Shown: piece after piece, positions 62,740-64,000 of the stretch
How positions within the stretch are numbered: position 1 is the first letter of the stretch
Layout of the letters: each line of letters begins with the position of its first letter
Assembly: GCA_026770705.1 (NCBI GenBank)
Contig: JANJGN010000023.1
Coordinates: 9,424,001 to 9,488,000, forward strand
Direction of reading: 5' to 3'
Origin: Isurus oxyrinchus
Taxonomy: Eukaryota
DNA: 64,000 nt
Notes under the pieces: generated by a model
Databases searched by the model: none
What the model saw: only the letters and a program-made list of their open reading frames with translations
Told to the model about the DNA's origin: nothing
Position numbers and translations under genes: made by a program

Positions 62740-63608
62740 CAGCCATCGAACACTTTTTATTAACTGTGATTTTTTTGTTGAAAGTGAATAAATTAATGAA
62801 CACCTCAAAGTCTGTGCATTGATTATTAGCTAGATAATATTTAAGACGTTACCTGCATAATTATATAATATTTATTATATTAAAGTTATCAGGGTGCCAT
62901 CCTTTGCTCAGGGGGTAGCAGCATTTCTAAGGTAGAGATTTGTGGGTTCAAAATCCACAAGACTTGAGCACAAAATCCAGGCTCTTGCTTGAGTGCAGTA
63001 CTGAGGGAGTGCTCCACTGTTGGAACTCTGTCTTTCAGGTCAAGGGTTTGTCTGGCTTCTCTAGTGGAGTTAAAATGCCCCCTTCCAATATTCAAAGAGA
63101 AGGAGCGTTGAAAGAAATGGATTAACTTTCATTTATCTCATTGCTGTTTTTGGGACCTGGCTGTATATAAATTGGCTGCTGTGTTTTGCCATGTTCTAAA
63201 TCACCGGATTATTCTCTCTGATCTGGAAGGAAGGCAGCTGCAGAATAAACCTAAAGTTTTATTAGTCATGAATGTGCAATAAAAAGTTTGCACAATCTGA
63301 TTAAATTCTCTCCTGGCTCTGGCTGTTCTGATCCCCTTTTAAAATTCCTGGGACGGTTCCTCACTCGAACGCACTAATATGATTGTGAGTTTACACAAGT
63401 AACCTTTGTTGATTGGCAGTTTGCTAACTTTCATGTCTCAAAAGTTACCAAAAAGCAAGATGTAAAAAATATTTTTAAGTCTTATTGATAAAAACAGACA
63501 GGTATTTCATTTCTACTGATGTCATTATTGCATCATGCTTCCAGAAGATTCTGGCCAGGTTAGGCTTGCGCAGTTTAGGACATCTGTAGCTGTAAACGTG
63601 GCACTACC

Positions 63609-64000
63609 ATGGCGTTATTGATGGGTTGGCCTTCCAGAGGTTCGGCCTCATGCATGCGCAGTAGCTGTCTCTGCAGGTATAATTGTGGCTGTGTCGCGTG
63701 TCTGAACACAGACAGTAGGAAGGAGTTTATGCAGCATATCACAGCAGAAGTCGCCAGAAAAATGGCAAGTTCTTTTAAAAATGTTTTGAGATTTATAATT
63801 AGACATTTACCTTCATCCTTTAAAGAAACTAAAGAAATATCAGAAGTGGCTCGGAATTTTAATTTTGACAGAAATAAAATTGCAGAAGTAACGAACAAAT
63901 CGAAGAACATAAATTATTTTAGTCTATTTAATATAAATTGCGTAGTTAACAATTATTATGCAGTCAAAGATAAAAAGGATGAAAATAATTCACTTATCAA
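63609..64000 (+). CDS. Orphan ORF, >130 codons, open to the window edge (copy B)
   Basis: ACCATGG Kozak; MALLMGWPSRGSASCMRSSCLCRYNCGCVACLNTDSRKEFMQHITAEVARKMASSFKNVLRFIIRHLPSSFKETKEISEVARNFNFDRNKIAEVTNKSKNINYFSLFNINCVVNNYYAVKDKKDENNSLI... Open despite AT-rich DNA. Absent from the ORF track, apparently because no stop lies in the window. Confidence 0.6.
   Translation, partial: MALLMGWPSRGSASCMRSSCLCRYNCGCVACLNTDSRKEFMQHITAEVARKMASSFKNVLRFIIRHLPSSFKETKEISEVARNFNFDRNKIAEVTNKSKNINYFSLFNINCVVNNYYAVKDKKDENNSLI

Larger units (their letters stand above)
61540..64000 (+). repeat. Tandem segmental duplication, unit ~1.46 kb (A ~61540-62890, B ~62890 to beyond 64000), plus a truncated head copy at ~61350-61540
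   Basis: 61651-62300 aligns colinearly with 63111-63725 (shared gaaagaaatggattaact, aaaattcctgggac, ctaactttcatgtctcaa, ctgtagctgtaaacgtggca). Confidence 0.92.

Noticed and set aside
63575-63910. 111-aa minus-strand ORF
   Set aside because: Antisense shadow of the plus-strand ORF, which has the Kozak start, paralogue support and promoter/splice context.

Overview
Eukaryotic, repeat-rich vertebrate DNA. The repeat content (Deu-type and V-type SINEs, CR1, L2-like, RTE, Tx1, Penelope-like elements, Harbinger-type MITEs) points to a cartilaginous fish, probably a shark; the taxon is inferred, not proven. The window holds the last three coding exons and long 3' UTR of LASP1 (+ strand, 914-~8570), with a 1.2 kb G-rich minisatellite in an intron. 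About 4 kb downstream is a 25-codon hydrophobic micropeptide ORF (12638-12715) that matches my recollection of human LASP1NB/LINC00672 at the syntenic position. Next comes a 16.2 kb four-level nested insertion: a SINE interrupted by a Gypsy LTR element, containing a full-length CR1, containing a Penelope element with pseudo-LTR. Many Penelope-derived foldback elements carry a variant hammerhead-ribozyme-like motif. At the right edge is an unrecognised tandemly duplicated mini-gene of about 1.46 kb per unit: a TATA box inside a SINE, a conserved short intron-like segment, one disrupted copy, and one intact ORF (63609 to the window end) with a Cys-rich N-terminus, a putative amphipathic helix and an Asn-rich tail. 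There is a 244-nt assembly gap at 43713-43956. Repeat boundaries were set by eye and are approximate unless a target-site duplication (TSD) is quoted.
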